Shown here: positions 26,277-38,793 of the stretch, one piece after another | Layout of the letters: the number at the start of each line of letters is the position of its first letter | How positions within the stretch are numbered: the first letter of the stretch is position 1 | Origin: Basidiobolus meristosporus CBS 931.73 | Taxonomy: Eukaryota; Fungi; Basidiobolomycota | Assembly: GCA_002104905.1 (NCBI GenBank) | Contig: MCFE01000063.1 | Span: 62,001-126,000, forward strand | Length of the DNA stretch: 64,000 nucleotides | Direction: 5' to 3' | Notes under the pieces: model-generated | What the model saw: only the letters and a program-made list of their open reading frames with translations | Told to the model about the DNA's origin: nothing | Databases searched by the model: none | Translations under genes and position numbers: made by a program

Positions 26277-29200
26277 TGTTACAAGTCTTGGTATAAGAGA
26301 TGTAGAGGAATAGGGAGCTTAACTAGTATTATATTCACTAAAACTTGAACTGATCTTTATTGAGTTTCCAGCAGCTCCTTATATACATTGTGCCAGATCA
26401 ATTGCTGACTGATTGTATTTCCTAATCTAGGCTGCAGCTGATGACTCATTTGATTGCATCATCATCACCCAATAAGATCCTACTTAGTATATTTATATCT
26501 GTCTGACAAGGATCTACTGATTCATTTGCTGACTAATGCTACTCATTTGATAGATAATACTGATATACCAATAAGCTAAACATATCACTAATTAATATGA
26601 CTAAAAAGTGATCTAACTTAAACATTCAAGCAGCAGATCATAACATTCTCTGCTACTAAAGTTGAGAGGGTTCTCCTGAATCCCTTTTCTTGTGATACCA
26701 ATATCTTGACGGTTTAGTATTATCAGCAAGTCTTGCAAGCATGAGTCTATCTCTATGAGCTAATTCATCATAGATATTCCCTTGTTTGTCCACTAGTTGG
26801 GAGTTGCATATGGACATTCTCTGATGTTCTCCAAAGGTCTTGTCCATTGTGGCTCAAACTTCTTCCAAGTATTATTTCTCAGCAATACAAAGTTCCCAAC
26901 TGTCAATGATCCTGGTGATATAGTCTAATCAAATCTCTGCTTCATCTTTCTACACTTCAAGATACTTTGGCCAGTACCTCTTGACATTTTTGTTCCAGCA
27001 GCTGGTGTCTACTTGGCTCAATGAGCTCATCATCTAAGGTGTACTAAGTCCTTGCAGATATTGCCTTGTTTGTCCACTGGTTGGTAAGTTGCAAATAGAC
27101 ATTTTCTGATGATCTTAAATGGTCCTGTCCATTGTGGCTCAAACTTCTTCCAAGTGTTATTTCTTAGCAATACAAAGTTTCTGACTGTCAATGCTTCTGG
27201 TGCTGTAGTCTTATCAAATCTCTGCTTCATCTTTTCTGCACTTTGAGTTACTTTGGTCTGTGCCTCTTGATGTCTATGTTCCAGTTGCTGGCATCTACTT
27301 GGCTGACTAAGTTCTTCTTCTAAGGTGTCAGTAAGCTTTGGTTGTGTGAGATCTCCTGGAATCCTTGGTTCACATCCATACACTAAGTAAAATGGAAAAT
27401 GTTGGGTGGTGTTGTGTACTCTGATTCTACATGCAAAGAGTGCTTGGTCTATACACTCATCCCATCTACTGACAACTCCATTTGCATACTTGGTCAGCAT
27501 TTTTCCAAATAATCCATTAAACCATTCAGTGACTCCATTAGTTCTGGAGTGATATGCCAGGTTTTCAAGTGTTTATTTGGCTGCATTTCCAGGTAAGCTT
27601 CTGATGTCTTTACCATAAAGTTGGCACCTCTGTTGGATAGAATCTCTGCAAGGCATCCAAGCTTCATTCAGATCTCATGGTAGATGAAATTTGCAACTAC
27701 TTGTTCACTGGCTATAGGTACAGCTTTGGCCACTGGCCATTTAATGGCATGGTCAATTATTATTAGGATGCAATGGTTGCATTTCCTGGTAGTTGGCAGT
27801 CTTCCAATAAAGTTGATTCCCCATCTTTCAAATGGTATACAGGCCCCAAGGGAAAGAGTTCAGCAATTCCCTGTAGTTGGCCTTGGTTGATTTGACAATT
27901 TGGGCATGTTTTCACTAGCTTCTCATTGTCATGTTTCATTCTGGGCTGCCATGCTCTGGCTTTCACAAGGCTGTAGGTTCCTTCAATTCCAAGATGTCCA
28001 TATCTATTGTGTAGCTTATGTATTAAATCCATGCAAGCAACATAAGGGCAATAGGCAATGGGACTTTCATCAACAATTTGGCAGAGTGTTTCATCCTGTA
28101 CTACAAATTTGCTGGCTTCAACCTGGATTATCTTCTTAATATCTTGATCCACCTCATTAGGAATGGCTTGGTCCTCCAAGTACTTTAGTAATAGGCTAGG
28201 CCAATCTGATTCATGCACCAAGTTGAGTTGTGCAACTTGTTCTAATCTTGATAATGCGTCAGTAACTGTGTTGTTTTTTCTAGGGCAGAAGACAATTTCT
28301 AAATCAGATTGCTGAATGTATTCACTCTATCTTGTCATTCTTCTAGAGAGTACCCTCTGAGTAATATATACCTGAGGGAGGCATGATCAGTCTTGACAGG
28401 GCATTTGACTCCTTCAATATAGCATTTCCATGTCTTCACACAGTGTATTATAGCAAGCATCTCCTTCTCATGCGCTAGATAGTTTTGTTCCGCTGAGTTT
28501 AGTTTCTTGAATTCAAAGGCAACAGGATAGTCCTTTCCCTTGTGTTGTTAGCTCAACACTCCACCAATTGCATAATCCAAAGCATCTGTGCACCAAGTAA
28601 GCTCTTTGCTTAAGTCAGGTATTCTTATGCTTAGTAGCTTAGCAAGTTCATTCTTGAGCATCTGGAAGGCAGTCCCTTGAAGAAATCACACTTCAGTAGC
28701 TTGCCATAAAGCTTGTTCTCTCGTAGCTTCCTCAAGATATTTAGAATGTGCACCAAGTGATCCTCTTCTTTCTTACTGTATATCAAAATATCATCTAGGA
28801 AGATTATCACAAACTTGTCTAAGTACTCCTGGAAGACAGTCTGCATCAAGGTCATGAATGTTGCAGGGGCATTGGTGAGGCCAAAACTCATGACTACAAA
28901 CTTGTAATGTCCCTATCTGGTTCTGAATGCTGTCTTAGGAGTGTCTTCAGGCTTCACCCTAATCTGGTTGTATCCTGGCATGAGGTCAATCTTGCTGAAA
29001 ATAGTGGCGCCATTGAGTTGGTCCAAGAGCTGATCAATCCACTGTATGGAGTACTTATTCTTCACAGTAACTGAGTTCAGGGCTCTGTATTCAATGCACC
29101 TCCCAAGTGCTCCATCCTTCTTTTTCACAAAAAGTACTGGTGCTCCCCAAGGTGACTTACTGGGTCTAATATATCCTTGCTCCAATTGCTGGTCTGTTTG

Positions 29201-31173
29201 TCTCCTCATCTCTTCCAACTCCAATGGTCTCATTCTGTTAGGTGTTTTACTCACTGGAGGGCTATCTCCTGCTGCAATGGCATTATCCACATCTCTGACT
29301 GGTGGTAGGCTTACAAGCTCATCTGGGAATACGTCTGAATATTTCTTCAAAAGAGTCTGGACCTAGTGGGGTACTTGAGTAGAGGAATCCTCCTGTAATA
29401 CTGCCATGAGGAACATCTGGGTTCCTATTCATAGTGCTCTACAGAACTTTGTCTTGCTAAGATCACTTGTTTCACACACATTGGAATTGGACAAGTTAAA
29501 ATCCAAACTGGCAGGTAAGAGCTCATGGGTCTTGTTGTCCTTCTGGATCTGTGTAGCATGGGTTCCCCAGTTGAATGATGGATTACAACAAAATAGCCAG
29601 GTGTTCCCAAGTACAAGGTCAAACTTGCAGTTCCCAAATATTTAGGCTTGTAGATCTTCTTCATAGTCATTGATCTTCATACTTACTGGTTGAGTAATAT
29701 GGTTGATTATGTGAGAGCTCCCATCAGTTGTTGAGACTGAAGATGATTTGGTGAATTCCAAGTTGATTCCAGCTTTCAAAGCAAGTAGCTCTGACATGTA
29801 CTCATGCAATGCTCCTGAGTCAATCATGATCTTGGCAGGTACTCCAATGATTACTCCATTCAAGTATAATAGCTTTCCTGAGTTTGAGGTCAGCTGGGAT
29901 AGGTATTTTTCTGTCATATTGAAGGTGAGTTCTGAGTCTTCTTCAGGTTCATCCTCTATGTTACTATGCTCCAGGGCCTCAATATGGTTAAAGGTTCTTG
30001 ATGGCTGGTGTCCATTTCTTTACTGAGACAGTACTTTGCAATATGTCTTTGCTGGTGGCAATTGAAGCAAAGTCCTTTCTTCTTACATTCTTCTGAGGTA
30101 GGGTTCTTCTGCATAGCATCCATTTCCATTTGTACTGCTTCTGATTGTCTTTTTTCATGGTGATTGTAGCCTCTCAGATTAGTCATTATGGGCTTCCCAA
30201 CTCCAAATATAGCTGAGTCATAGTCAATGGCAATTTTGATGGCTTCTTCAGTAGTCTAAGGTCTTTGATAATTCACTTCCGTAAAAGTTCTTTCTTTCAA
30301 CCCATCAATAAAGTATTCAACTTGATCCAGAGGCTCCATACTTTCAATTTGCCCCAGTAGACATCTATATTCATAGATGTATTCTTGGACCATTCTTTTT
30401 TGTCTGAGTGTCTTCAACTTTCTTCTTAGCAGTGTCTGTTGGTGTGGGGGCTCAAAGGCATCCTGAATTTCCAAAACAAACTTGTTCCAGGTAGAGATTG
30501 TAGAGCATCCTGTTGTGGTGGCTGACCTGATTTTGTTGTGGTACCACTGTAAAGCTGCATCTGCCAGGAAAGAAGCTGCATATTGTAACTTGCTTTGTGG
30601 AGCAATTCCCTTAGCCTTAAAGCTTCTTCAATTAGGTAGAGCCCAGTTCCCAGGTTTTCATTGACTCTAACATGGTACCATTTGACTTTCACACTAAAGA
30701 TGCTCTTGATAGGGTTTTGCTGGCTTTGGGCCATGGTAGTCATTCCTTATTGCTGCTGGCTAAGGATCTGGAGTAACTGTTGCTGCTGGGCTAGGATTTA
30801 TTGCATATCATTCTTCCATTCTTAATTCTTGGACATCTTGAGGGAGGCTTCTTTTTTCTTCAGGAGGGATATTTCTGGTTATTGCTGCTGCCAATGTTAC
30901 AAGTCTTGATATGCATTCTGCCAGATCAATTGCTGACTAATTGTATTTCCTAATGTAGGCTATGGATGATGACTCATTTGATTGCATCATCATCACCCAA
31001 TAAGATCCTATCTAATATACTTTTATCTGTCTAATAAGGATCTGCTAATTCATTTGCTGACAAATGCTACTGATTTGATAGATAATACTGATGTACTAAT
31101 AAGCTAAGCATATAACTATTTGATATGACTAAAAACTAATCTAACTTAAACATTCAAGTGGCAGATCATAACA
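26277..31173 (-). mobile_element. Ty3/gypsy LTR retrotransposon G1 (degenerate), nested in a 1-kb LTR
   Basis: LTRs 26277-26645 and 30895-31173; 4-bp TSD ATTG; PBS-like TGGCAGCAG at 30885-30893 (-). The flanks rejoin as 1-kb-LTR sequence. Confidence 0.92.
26656..30750 (-). pseudogene. G1 gag-pol: Gag, CCHC, protease, RT, RNase H, integrase
   Basis: CFNCHQQRHIAKYC; IMIDSGA; [17 protein letters not shown]; MSFGLTNAPATF..FLDDILI; HNRYGHLG..CPNCQ; FEPQWTGPF. PR-RT-RH-IN order. Confidence 0.9.
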
Positions 31174-32162
31174 ATTGAACACAGCTGTGTTCTTATCAAG
31201 TTTGCACTGGTGAAGTTTACAGTTATTTTGACCTTGAAGGCTTTAGTACACTGTCATCTCCAAGGATGCTGAGGCAAGCACAAACTTCTGTCAATATGCC
31301 AACTAAGTTGGGGGTTATAGCCAGCATATACTTTTGTTAAGACACCAACTAAGTCAGGGACTGTAGCTGAATAGTTCTCCCTTGACAAGCTTGTAGCTTT
31401 ATTCCCCTTCACATTAGAATAGAGACAGATCCCAAGTATTCCTAGCAAGCTTTCTCCAGAGGTTATTGCACCCAGTGAACACTACACACATAAAGCACTT
31501 GAGAAGTGTTGGATGTATACCTCCCTTGGACTTATAAACCACCGTAGTGCAGTTTCCTGGAAGTACCCTGTAGTCTGGGATTGGAAGTTCTGGTAGTACT
31601 AGGTAGCAATGATCACACTAGTCAGCAAGTTGGTATATTGGTAAAAGTGGTGATGATTTATTGTTGAAAGATTGCCTCCCTTATATACATTTCTTACTGG
31701 CTAAGTGATTAATAATCATGGTGCTCCAGAATGTTCCAGAGATCAATAGATATCTTAAAAACATCAGAATGAGCTAAGAGTTTTCTAAGTAGGTGCTGCA
31801 AGGTTTAAGAGGCACAGCACATTAGACCAGTCAGAGATTAGTATTCTTAAGCCTGTGTAATGTAGGGATGTCAGATATGGATGGAAACTGGTTGGGAAGG
31901 TGAGAGAGCTTGATCAAATGTCACAGATCCTGGCATGGGTACCTGCCTAATATAGAAGCACTTAAATCTGATAATCTTACATAAGTTGAGGGATAACTTA
32001 CACTCTAAATAAGTGGGCATCATAGTCAGATGGCTCAAGGGATAGTACTAATTGGATAAGACAAATAGGATGAAGTAATAAGTTAGGTAGTAGAAGAATA
32101 GGGAAGTAAACAATATGGGAATGGGTGCATCTGTCAGTAGGTGTCTCTGTGACCCCACTACA
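31174..32162. mobile_element. Rearranged 1-kb LTR (forward 3' part plus reverse 5' part); begins at ~26183-26276
   Basis: Both parts match the solo LTR at 36234-37271 but in opposite orientations, with the junction at ~31540. Confidence 0.75.
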
Positions 32163-33374
32163 CCGCCAAAAAATAAAGCCAAGTTGTCTGGTTGCCAACC
32201 AAACCCCACTGTTGACAGCAGCAGAAGAACAGTTTGACAACATCTTGCCTTGAAATTCAGTGCAACAAGCAGGGCTGCATCCATAAAAGGCCTTGTTGGC
32301 AGTGTATCCACTAAATATATTAGTGCAGACTCCTCAGTCTCTCAGTCCAGTAGGTAATTGAGAGTATTTGCATTGCTGGAAGCTGATCATAATTCTCAGG
32401 CAGTTGAAAATGTAGCAAAAGCAATACCTTTGGTTGACTATCAGCAAGTAGCCATCATAACATCAATACCACCCATATTAGCAGGTAGGTTGTCAGGCCA
32501 TATTAAAGCATGATTATGCAACTAGGTGCAGTTGCTGATAGGATAGATACAATGGCCCAGAGGAATCAGGAAATAGTCCCAAGGCAGAACAAGCAGTTAA
32601 TACCAAGAGAGCAACTAATATTCCAGATAGAGAACATGTTATCTTTGCTGCAGATGAGGTCCTCAAGTAGCTTAATATCTGAGCCAAAAATTAAGCAACT
32701 TCCAAATCTGGTAGCATAGGAACACTGTACATTCTTGGAATCACAACAACAGTGCTCAAAGATAAAGCCCACAAAAAACCTATCACAATGTGGGAGGGAG
32801 TGACTGTGTTGCTTGAACCAAAGCCTAAAAGTCACAAGATATTGAAGATCTGTGAGGCTGTTGAGTGAAATGATACAGACTAGGCTAATATTCAAGAAGC
32901 TGTTAGAGTTCTAGCACTGCATAACCTTGGGGTCAACATACTATGGGACCATCAGGAACTCAAGGCCAAGCAGAATGCTTGTGACCTGTTCCATAAGCAT
33001 TATACTGGCTTTTATTAAACAGTGAATTTAATGGAGTTACTTGTTGAGTGTGGGATTGGGCTTAATGTTAGAGCTGATTATAAGGACTTGCATAAGTAAT
33101 ACAATAGGTTATTGAGGTATAACTCAAATTTTGACAGAAATTTATCAATTTGTATGCGTGAAAAGTAGGAGAATCGATTGAATAAGGATTCAAGAAGTGT
33201 GAAAAAGAGGCAATAGGCAACCAATATACCCAAATGTAGGAGGCATTTGAGTGCATGGGAGCATAAAGTGAGAGAATTGGCAGGGGGCAAGTTAAATACC
33301 ACTTATGTAATGTTGTTATCAAGGATTTTGACCAAATTATTTGTGAAATCTTGAGTGCAATTACTTCTCCTGCA

Positions 33375-33534
33375 GATGTTCTTGGGACCTTCCTTAGCCT
33401 ATTTTACATGTTTGCTCTGCCAAGACCATATAAACGTATAAAACTACTTTTATATTCAATAAACCATTAAGTCAAAACCACAAAATCTATTTGTTCTACA
33501 AATCACTTCCAATATCTTCAAGACCCTTACAACA
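33375..33534 (+). mobile_element. 3' half of a copia LTR
   Basis: Runs atgttcttgggaccttcctt...cccttacaaca, matching the C2 LTR. Confidence 0.85.
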
Positions 33535-33936
33535 AGTGTTGGGTTTTGAGACTTAGAAGGTCAGCATAATTTGAAATTGGTTGTATCTAAAGATTGCAAG
33601 GAAATAAACCAATTTTTCTGCATGAAAAGTTAGTGCAATGTTTGAGTCAGGAATTAAGGCATGCAAAAAAAAGGCAATAGCCAATCAATGTACATAAACA
33701 TAGGAGGTACTTGAGTGTACTTGAACACAAAGTGAGAGAATTGGCCAAGAACCATTCAACAGCCACATAAATATATTGTGATGAAAACTTCTAACAAAGT
33801 TTTTGTAGAATTTGTGGCAATATACTTTTTAAATGGCATTTGTATATTGTCCAAACAGCATGAATACCTCTTAGTCACAGGATTTAAACTTTATGATAGC
33901 CTTTTGATGAAATAATCACAATTATTTTTCATAGGA
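33535..33936 (-). mobile_element. Left end of EnSpm-like E1 (TIR at ~33936)
   Basis: Diverged left subterminal sequence ending aattatttttcatagga. The C0 gag broken at 6025 resumes immediately after it. Confidence 0.7.
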
Positions 33937-34300
33937 GATATTGATGCTGCTACAGGAAATAGCCATTTAGGTTGTTGTTATGGAATAAAACCCCTATCTA
34001 AAGGTTGAGGGGAAGAAGCCTTAAAGTACCAGAAGTGCAAATAAAATGCCATCAACTGCATTTGCCTCAACGCCAAGTTGCATTTTGGATTCAATACTTG
34101 AGAGCAAAAGCAATAAACTATGCCTGAAGGGTGACAGAAGCATCCTACTAGGCATGTTCAACTGGTGAGTCAACATAGTCCAGAACTGAAGATTGGATCT
34201 TTAGTTGTGCATGCAAAGGGCTGCTGGATGAAGAGCAAAGAATATTAGTGCCAACAAGAAGCAACTAGAAAATACTCTAGTATACCATAGTAACAACCTA
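33937..34300 (+). pseudogene. Relic C0 gag continuation
   Basis: atgctgctacaggaa..gaagccttaaagtaccagaag..aactgcatttgcctcaa aligns to C2 from ~13777. Confidence 0.85.
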
Positions 34301-34681
34301 GCCTATGAAAAATAATTTGGTCCTGCAAGTGGATCCAATCTGGATCAGCCACCAAGACCCCATCAGGAGACCACCATAATACCGCATCTTATAATTAATG
34401 ACCATCTACTCAATCTTGTGACAGGATCATAATGGGGTTTTGCTAATTTTACAGCCAAATACAGTTGATAAAATATAGTAGTCTTTTATAGTGTTTGGTC
34501 AAGGGTGGTATGGCATTGTTGCAGTCTTAGTACACTTCACAACTACTTGAGTGGTTCTAACTGGTCCATACATCCAATTGCCTTATATGGCAAAAAATTG
34601 ATGGTGTTTTAACAGCCTCTTTGCAAGCCACCAATGGCAATACTATGGCAGTATGGCAGCCTACAGCTGGTCCTATGTAAT

Positions 34682-35114
34682 AGACTTGTTCCATTGGACA
34701 GTGCCACATTGAGCCATGAGTGCCAAATGATGCCATAGTGTGCCACAGAGTGTAAAATATAGCTCTTCACCTTCATGCAAAGCAGCCCCTTTGTTTCACC
34801 CACAATGCCAGAGAAAATCCATTATTTGACCTTTTTTTGGATCAGTGTTGTGCAGGATGTTTTAGAGCACAGAAGGACTGATGAAATGCATCTGGTACTC
34901 AGTGCCCATGGAACTCTGAATCTAGCTCCTGTAGGTTGTATCATGTCACAAATATGCATGGCACAATCTTGGTCCACTGGTACTATCTGGCACTATAAGT
35001 GCTTTGTATATATCTTACTTTAGGGCTATTACTTAAATATAGGGCCTCTCTGGCATACTGTGGCATCATTTTACACTCATGGCTTCATATGGCACTATCC
35101 AACAGAACAAGTCT
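34682..35114. mobile_element. 433-bp ANT-TSD MITE (deleted foldback derivative)
   Basis: AGACTTGTTC termini and exact TSD AAT; homologous to 42660-43392. Confidence 0.9.
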
Positions 35115-36233
35115 AATGCTACCATACCAACTTACCAAATGTTATTTCCTTTTTCTACCCACCCATTGGGGTTTCTTAGCATCTTAATGTCATAGGCATA
35201 GGTGCCTCCATGTGTACATCTGTCCTAAGTATTTTCCAACTCTTCCAGGCTGTCATCCATGTGCCAACTCAAAATATCCATGACAGACTTAAGATAAAAC
35301 TCTTGATGAGATTGGGATATGGTAGTACCTGCAAGTTGACTTGTCTTCTTATCTCCCTACACATACACTCTATAGAAATCACCCAATAGGTGAAGCTAGG
35401 TCCAATATTCTCAACATACCAAGCAAGATGGAGTAGCAAATGGATACAGTTGTGGCAGAGATCTATGTGTTCAGCTTTATGTTTGTAGTATAGCCACTCA
35501 ATTCCTGTCACAAACTCTTTGCACAAAAGCTGTAGATGCATCAAGTTAGCATTGATGATCTGTTTCTGGCTAAATATTCCTACAATATCCAAAGATAACT
35601 CCCAATGCTTCCAATGTACTCTTGGTAGAGATGGCTTCAGATGGTCACATGAATAAAACATATGCGGTTCATCCAATCCTTGCACTTGTATTGTTGCATG
35701 TCTGTATGAGTGTTGATTGGAACCCATGAGAAGTACCTAGAGTAGTGGATACTGTGTATATCTTGCCAGTTCTTTCAATTTCTCCTGCATCTCAAGGGGC
35801 TCATTTAGCTTGAAATGCCCCACATACAACTTGGTCATCAGTACAGGGATATTGTTGAACAGTAAATGTGTTGCTCCTAGTGGAGAACTTTTGCTCCAGC
35901 AGATACCCTCTATCTTGGGTATCTTGAGCTTCTGATTAATTCCATAATCAGGCCAATGGCTTATAGCTAGCCAACTTTGCTACAATTGCATGCTGACTTC
36001 TATACATTCTCTCTATGGAAAGAGGATATTCTTAGTATTGGTGTTTTAGTAATAATACTATGTGTGAGCTGTGGAGTAAGTCACCTAGATCTCACACATT
36101 TGACAGCAATACCAATCATTGTGCCCAGAAAACCTTGCAATGGTGGCATTTTCTGATGTGAATGCCAATCAACTGTGAACACATGTTGATATCAAGATGG
36201 TCACTGGTTATATGTTGCCAGTTGCATGACTGT

Positions 36234-37271
36234 TGTAGTGTGGTCACAGTGACACCCACTGGCAGCTGGGCTCATTCCCATATTTACTACTCCCCTATTT
36301 CCCAACTACACCTATTTTAGTTTTATCCCATTTGTCTTACTTGATCATTACTATCCCAAAAGCTGGCCAACTTTCACACCTGCTTACCTTATTGCATATG
36401 TTTTTCCTCACTTTATGTTATATTAATAGCTGTAAGTGCTTTCATATTAGGCAAGTACTCACCCTGTTATCTGTGGCATATAGATAACCCATTTCTATAC
36501 CATATATGGTATCCCCATGTCCCACAGGTTTCAGAGTACTGATCCCTGATTGGTTGGATGTGCTTTGCCTCTTGAACCTTCCAGCACCTACTTAGATTAC
36601 TCTTAGCTTATTCCAATGTCATTAAGACTTCTATTGATCTCTGGAACCTTCTGGAACACCATGATTAGTAACTAGTTAGCCAGTGAGAAAGTATACAAGG
36701 GAAGCAATCCCTCAACAATAAATCATCATCCCTTTTATGATTGTACCAGCTTGTTGATTGGTATGATCACTGCTACCTGCTGCTACTTGAACTTTCAGCC
36801 CCAGACCACAGGACTCTCCCAGGTAACCATGCTGACCGCCAAATGACCTTGGAGGCACTACTTGTGAGGAATTCTCATAATGGGTATTTTCTGCTATATT
36901 TGATTCTCTTCTAACTTTGTTCTTGTACAGGCAAAGATACTTCTCTGTCTTTATAAATATTGGCCACAGCTGCATTCTTACCAAGTCCTTGCTGGTGGAG
37001 TTTACAGTTGTTCTGACTCTGGAAGCTTTAGTACAGTGTTATCTCAAAGGATGCTGAACCCAGCACAAACCAACTAAGTTAGGGAATGTAGCTCAACGGT
37101 TTTCCCTTGACTAGCTTGTGGCTTTGTTCCCCTTCACTTTAGTGCAGAGACAAAACCCAAGTATTCCTGGCAAGCTTTTGCCAGAGGTTATTGCACCCAG
37201 GGAACACCCCACATACAAAACACTTGCAAAGTGCTGGATGTATCTCTCCCTTTAACTTATGCACTCTAACA
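36234..37271 (+). mobile_element. Solo ~1-kb LTR (gypsy-type family)
   Basis: TGTAGTG...AACA insert that splits the E4a transposase; homologous to 49860-50930 (reverse). Flanks are CTGT/CCAT. Confidence 0.85.
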
Positions 37272-37367
37272 CCATTATCCATTTATAACATGTACATGGT
37301 TAGTTGCATCCCAGTATGATTTCAGCAAGAAGCAGTGGTAAGTACTTAAAGCCCCCATTACTGATAT

Positions 37368-37667
37368 CCTGTGAAAATCTCAAACTTGGAATTCATTTGG
37401 CTGGTTTTCTGATGGTATTTTGCTGGTATTCAACTGGTGTCTTGGGCTTAAAATTTCAAATGCAATTTCTGATGGAAGTAAAGGGCAGCTAATCACAAAA
37501 TTTGGTATGGATACTAGTTTGCCTAGCTTCCTCCTAGAGAACCTGTTTGCTTGCCTGCACATCTGCTCAGAACAGAGAGATTTAGAGTTGTTGATTTGAG
37601 AAACTTGGAATTTAGCTGATACTTTGATGATATTTGCTGGTCTTTTCTCAGTTTTTTTTGTTAGGGG
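37368..37667. mobile_element. ~300-bp non-coding element with CCTGTGAAAA / TTTTGTTAGGG ends (second CCC-TIR family)
   Basis: Insert within the E4a transposase. Its body matches the reverse complement of ~62660-62880. Confidence 0.7.
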
Positions 37668-38793
37668 ATTACTGGAGACACACCTCTTCTCTGACCACAA
37701 CACCATATCATATACCAGTAGTTGGATTACTGGGCTCACTTGACTCCATAAAGTATCCTTAGGTCATTTTTCCACAGGAGCTGTCTCATTGCATAATGGT
37801 ATTTTGCAGAGCTCATGAAGGGTACTGTTCTTAGGGAAGATAGGCTCAAAATCCATCAGTGGGCCTGCTTCTTCAGAGCTATTGCTATGCATGCCATATT
37901 TAGAAGGCTAGGGTGAGCCTAAATACACCACAAACTCTCCTGACTCAGTTTGCACAAGGTAGCACACATGGCCAGATGCCAATATAGAGGTATCAAGTGG
38001 CCAGCAAGATATTGCTGGTACAGTATTGACTGGTGAATGGCCAAATATGACTTGGGTGGTAAAATACTGGCTGTGACCCTTGTAATACCTCCCATGATGT
38101 TTATATGCTTCATAGCTGAGTGGCTTGCTACCATAGCCACATGGTCTCTTTTCCTCTCCCCTACAGCATTGAAGCAAAGTTGTCTTGTTCATGAAGCAAA
38201 CAGCTTGATACTCAGCAATATAACACTATTATATCACCTTTTTGTCAATACTCATGTAAGTTTAAGAGAGTCTTGTATTTGAGACATTGAGCCTACTTGA
38301 ATGTAAGATTTAATGATGATCTACCATAGTAAGCATTATATATAAAGTTGTAGCACCACATACACATGTACATTTCGCACCATTTCCCCTTTGGTCTGAC
38401 TCACGTGCATATATATGCTTCCAAAATATAATGCAAAGTTGTCTGATTCCCAATCAAACCCCACGTCTGACAGTAGCAGAAGAACAGTTGGACAACAGCA
38501 TGCTTTGACATTTGGTGCAACAAGCAAGGCTACAACCAAAAAAGGCCCTGTGGACAGTGTGCCAACTGAATGGAATAATGCAGACTCCTCAGGCTCTCAG
38601 TCAAGTAGGCAATTGGAAATCTCTGCAAAGCTGCAAGCTGACTATATTGCTGAGGTAGATGAGAATGTAGCAAAAGCAGTACCTTCAGTTGAAGACCAGC
38701 AAGTGGATGTCATAACACCACTACCACCTGTATTAGCAAGTATATTGTTGGCTGATACTAAAGCATTAATGAGGCAATTAGGTGCGGTAGCTG

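Larger units (their letters stand above)
22590..33370 (-). mobile_element. EnSpm-like element E3, both tips truncated, carrying nested LTR elements
   Basis: Transposase remnants on - (22800-25540), intergenic region 25922-26182, ORF2 on + from 32163, and left subterminal sequence to ~33370. Confidence 0.8.
34301..38793 (-). mobile_element. EnSpm-like element E4a (right TIR, transposase, 5' part of ORF2)
   Basis: TIR (g)CCTATGAAAAATAATTTGG; transposase ATG at 38192; ORF2 ATG at 38415, truncated at ~38793. Confidence 0.88.
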
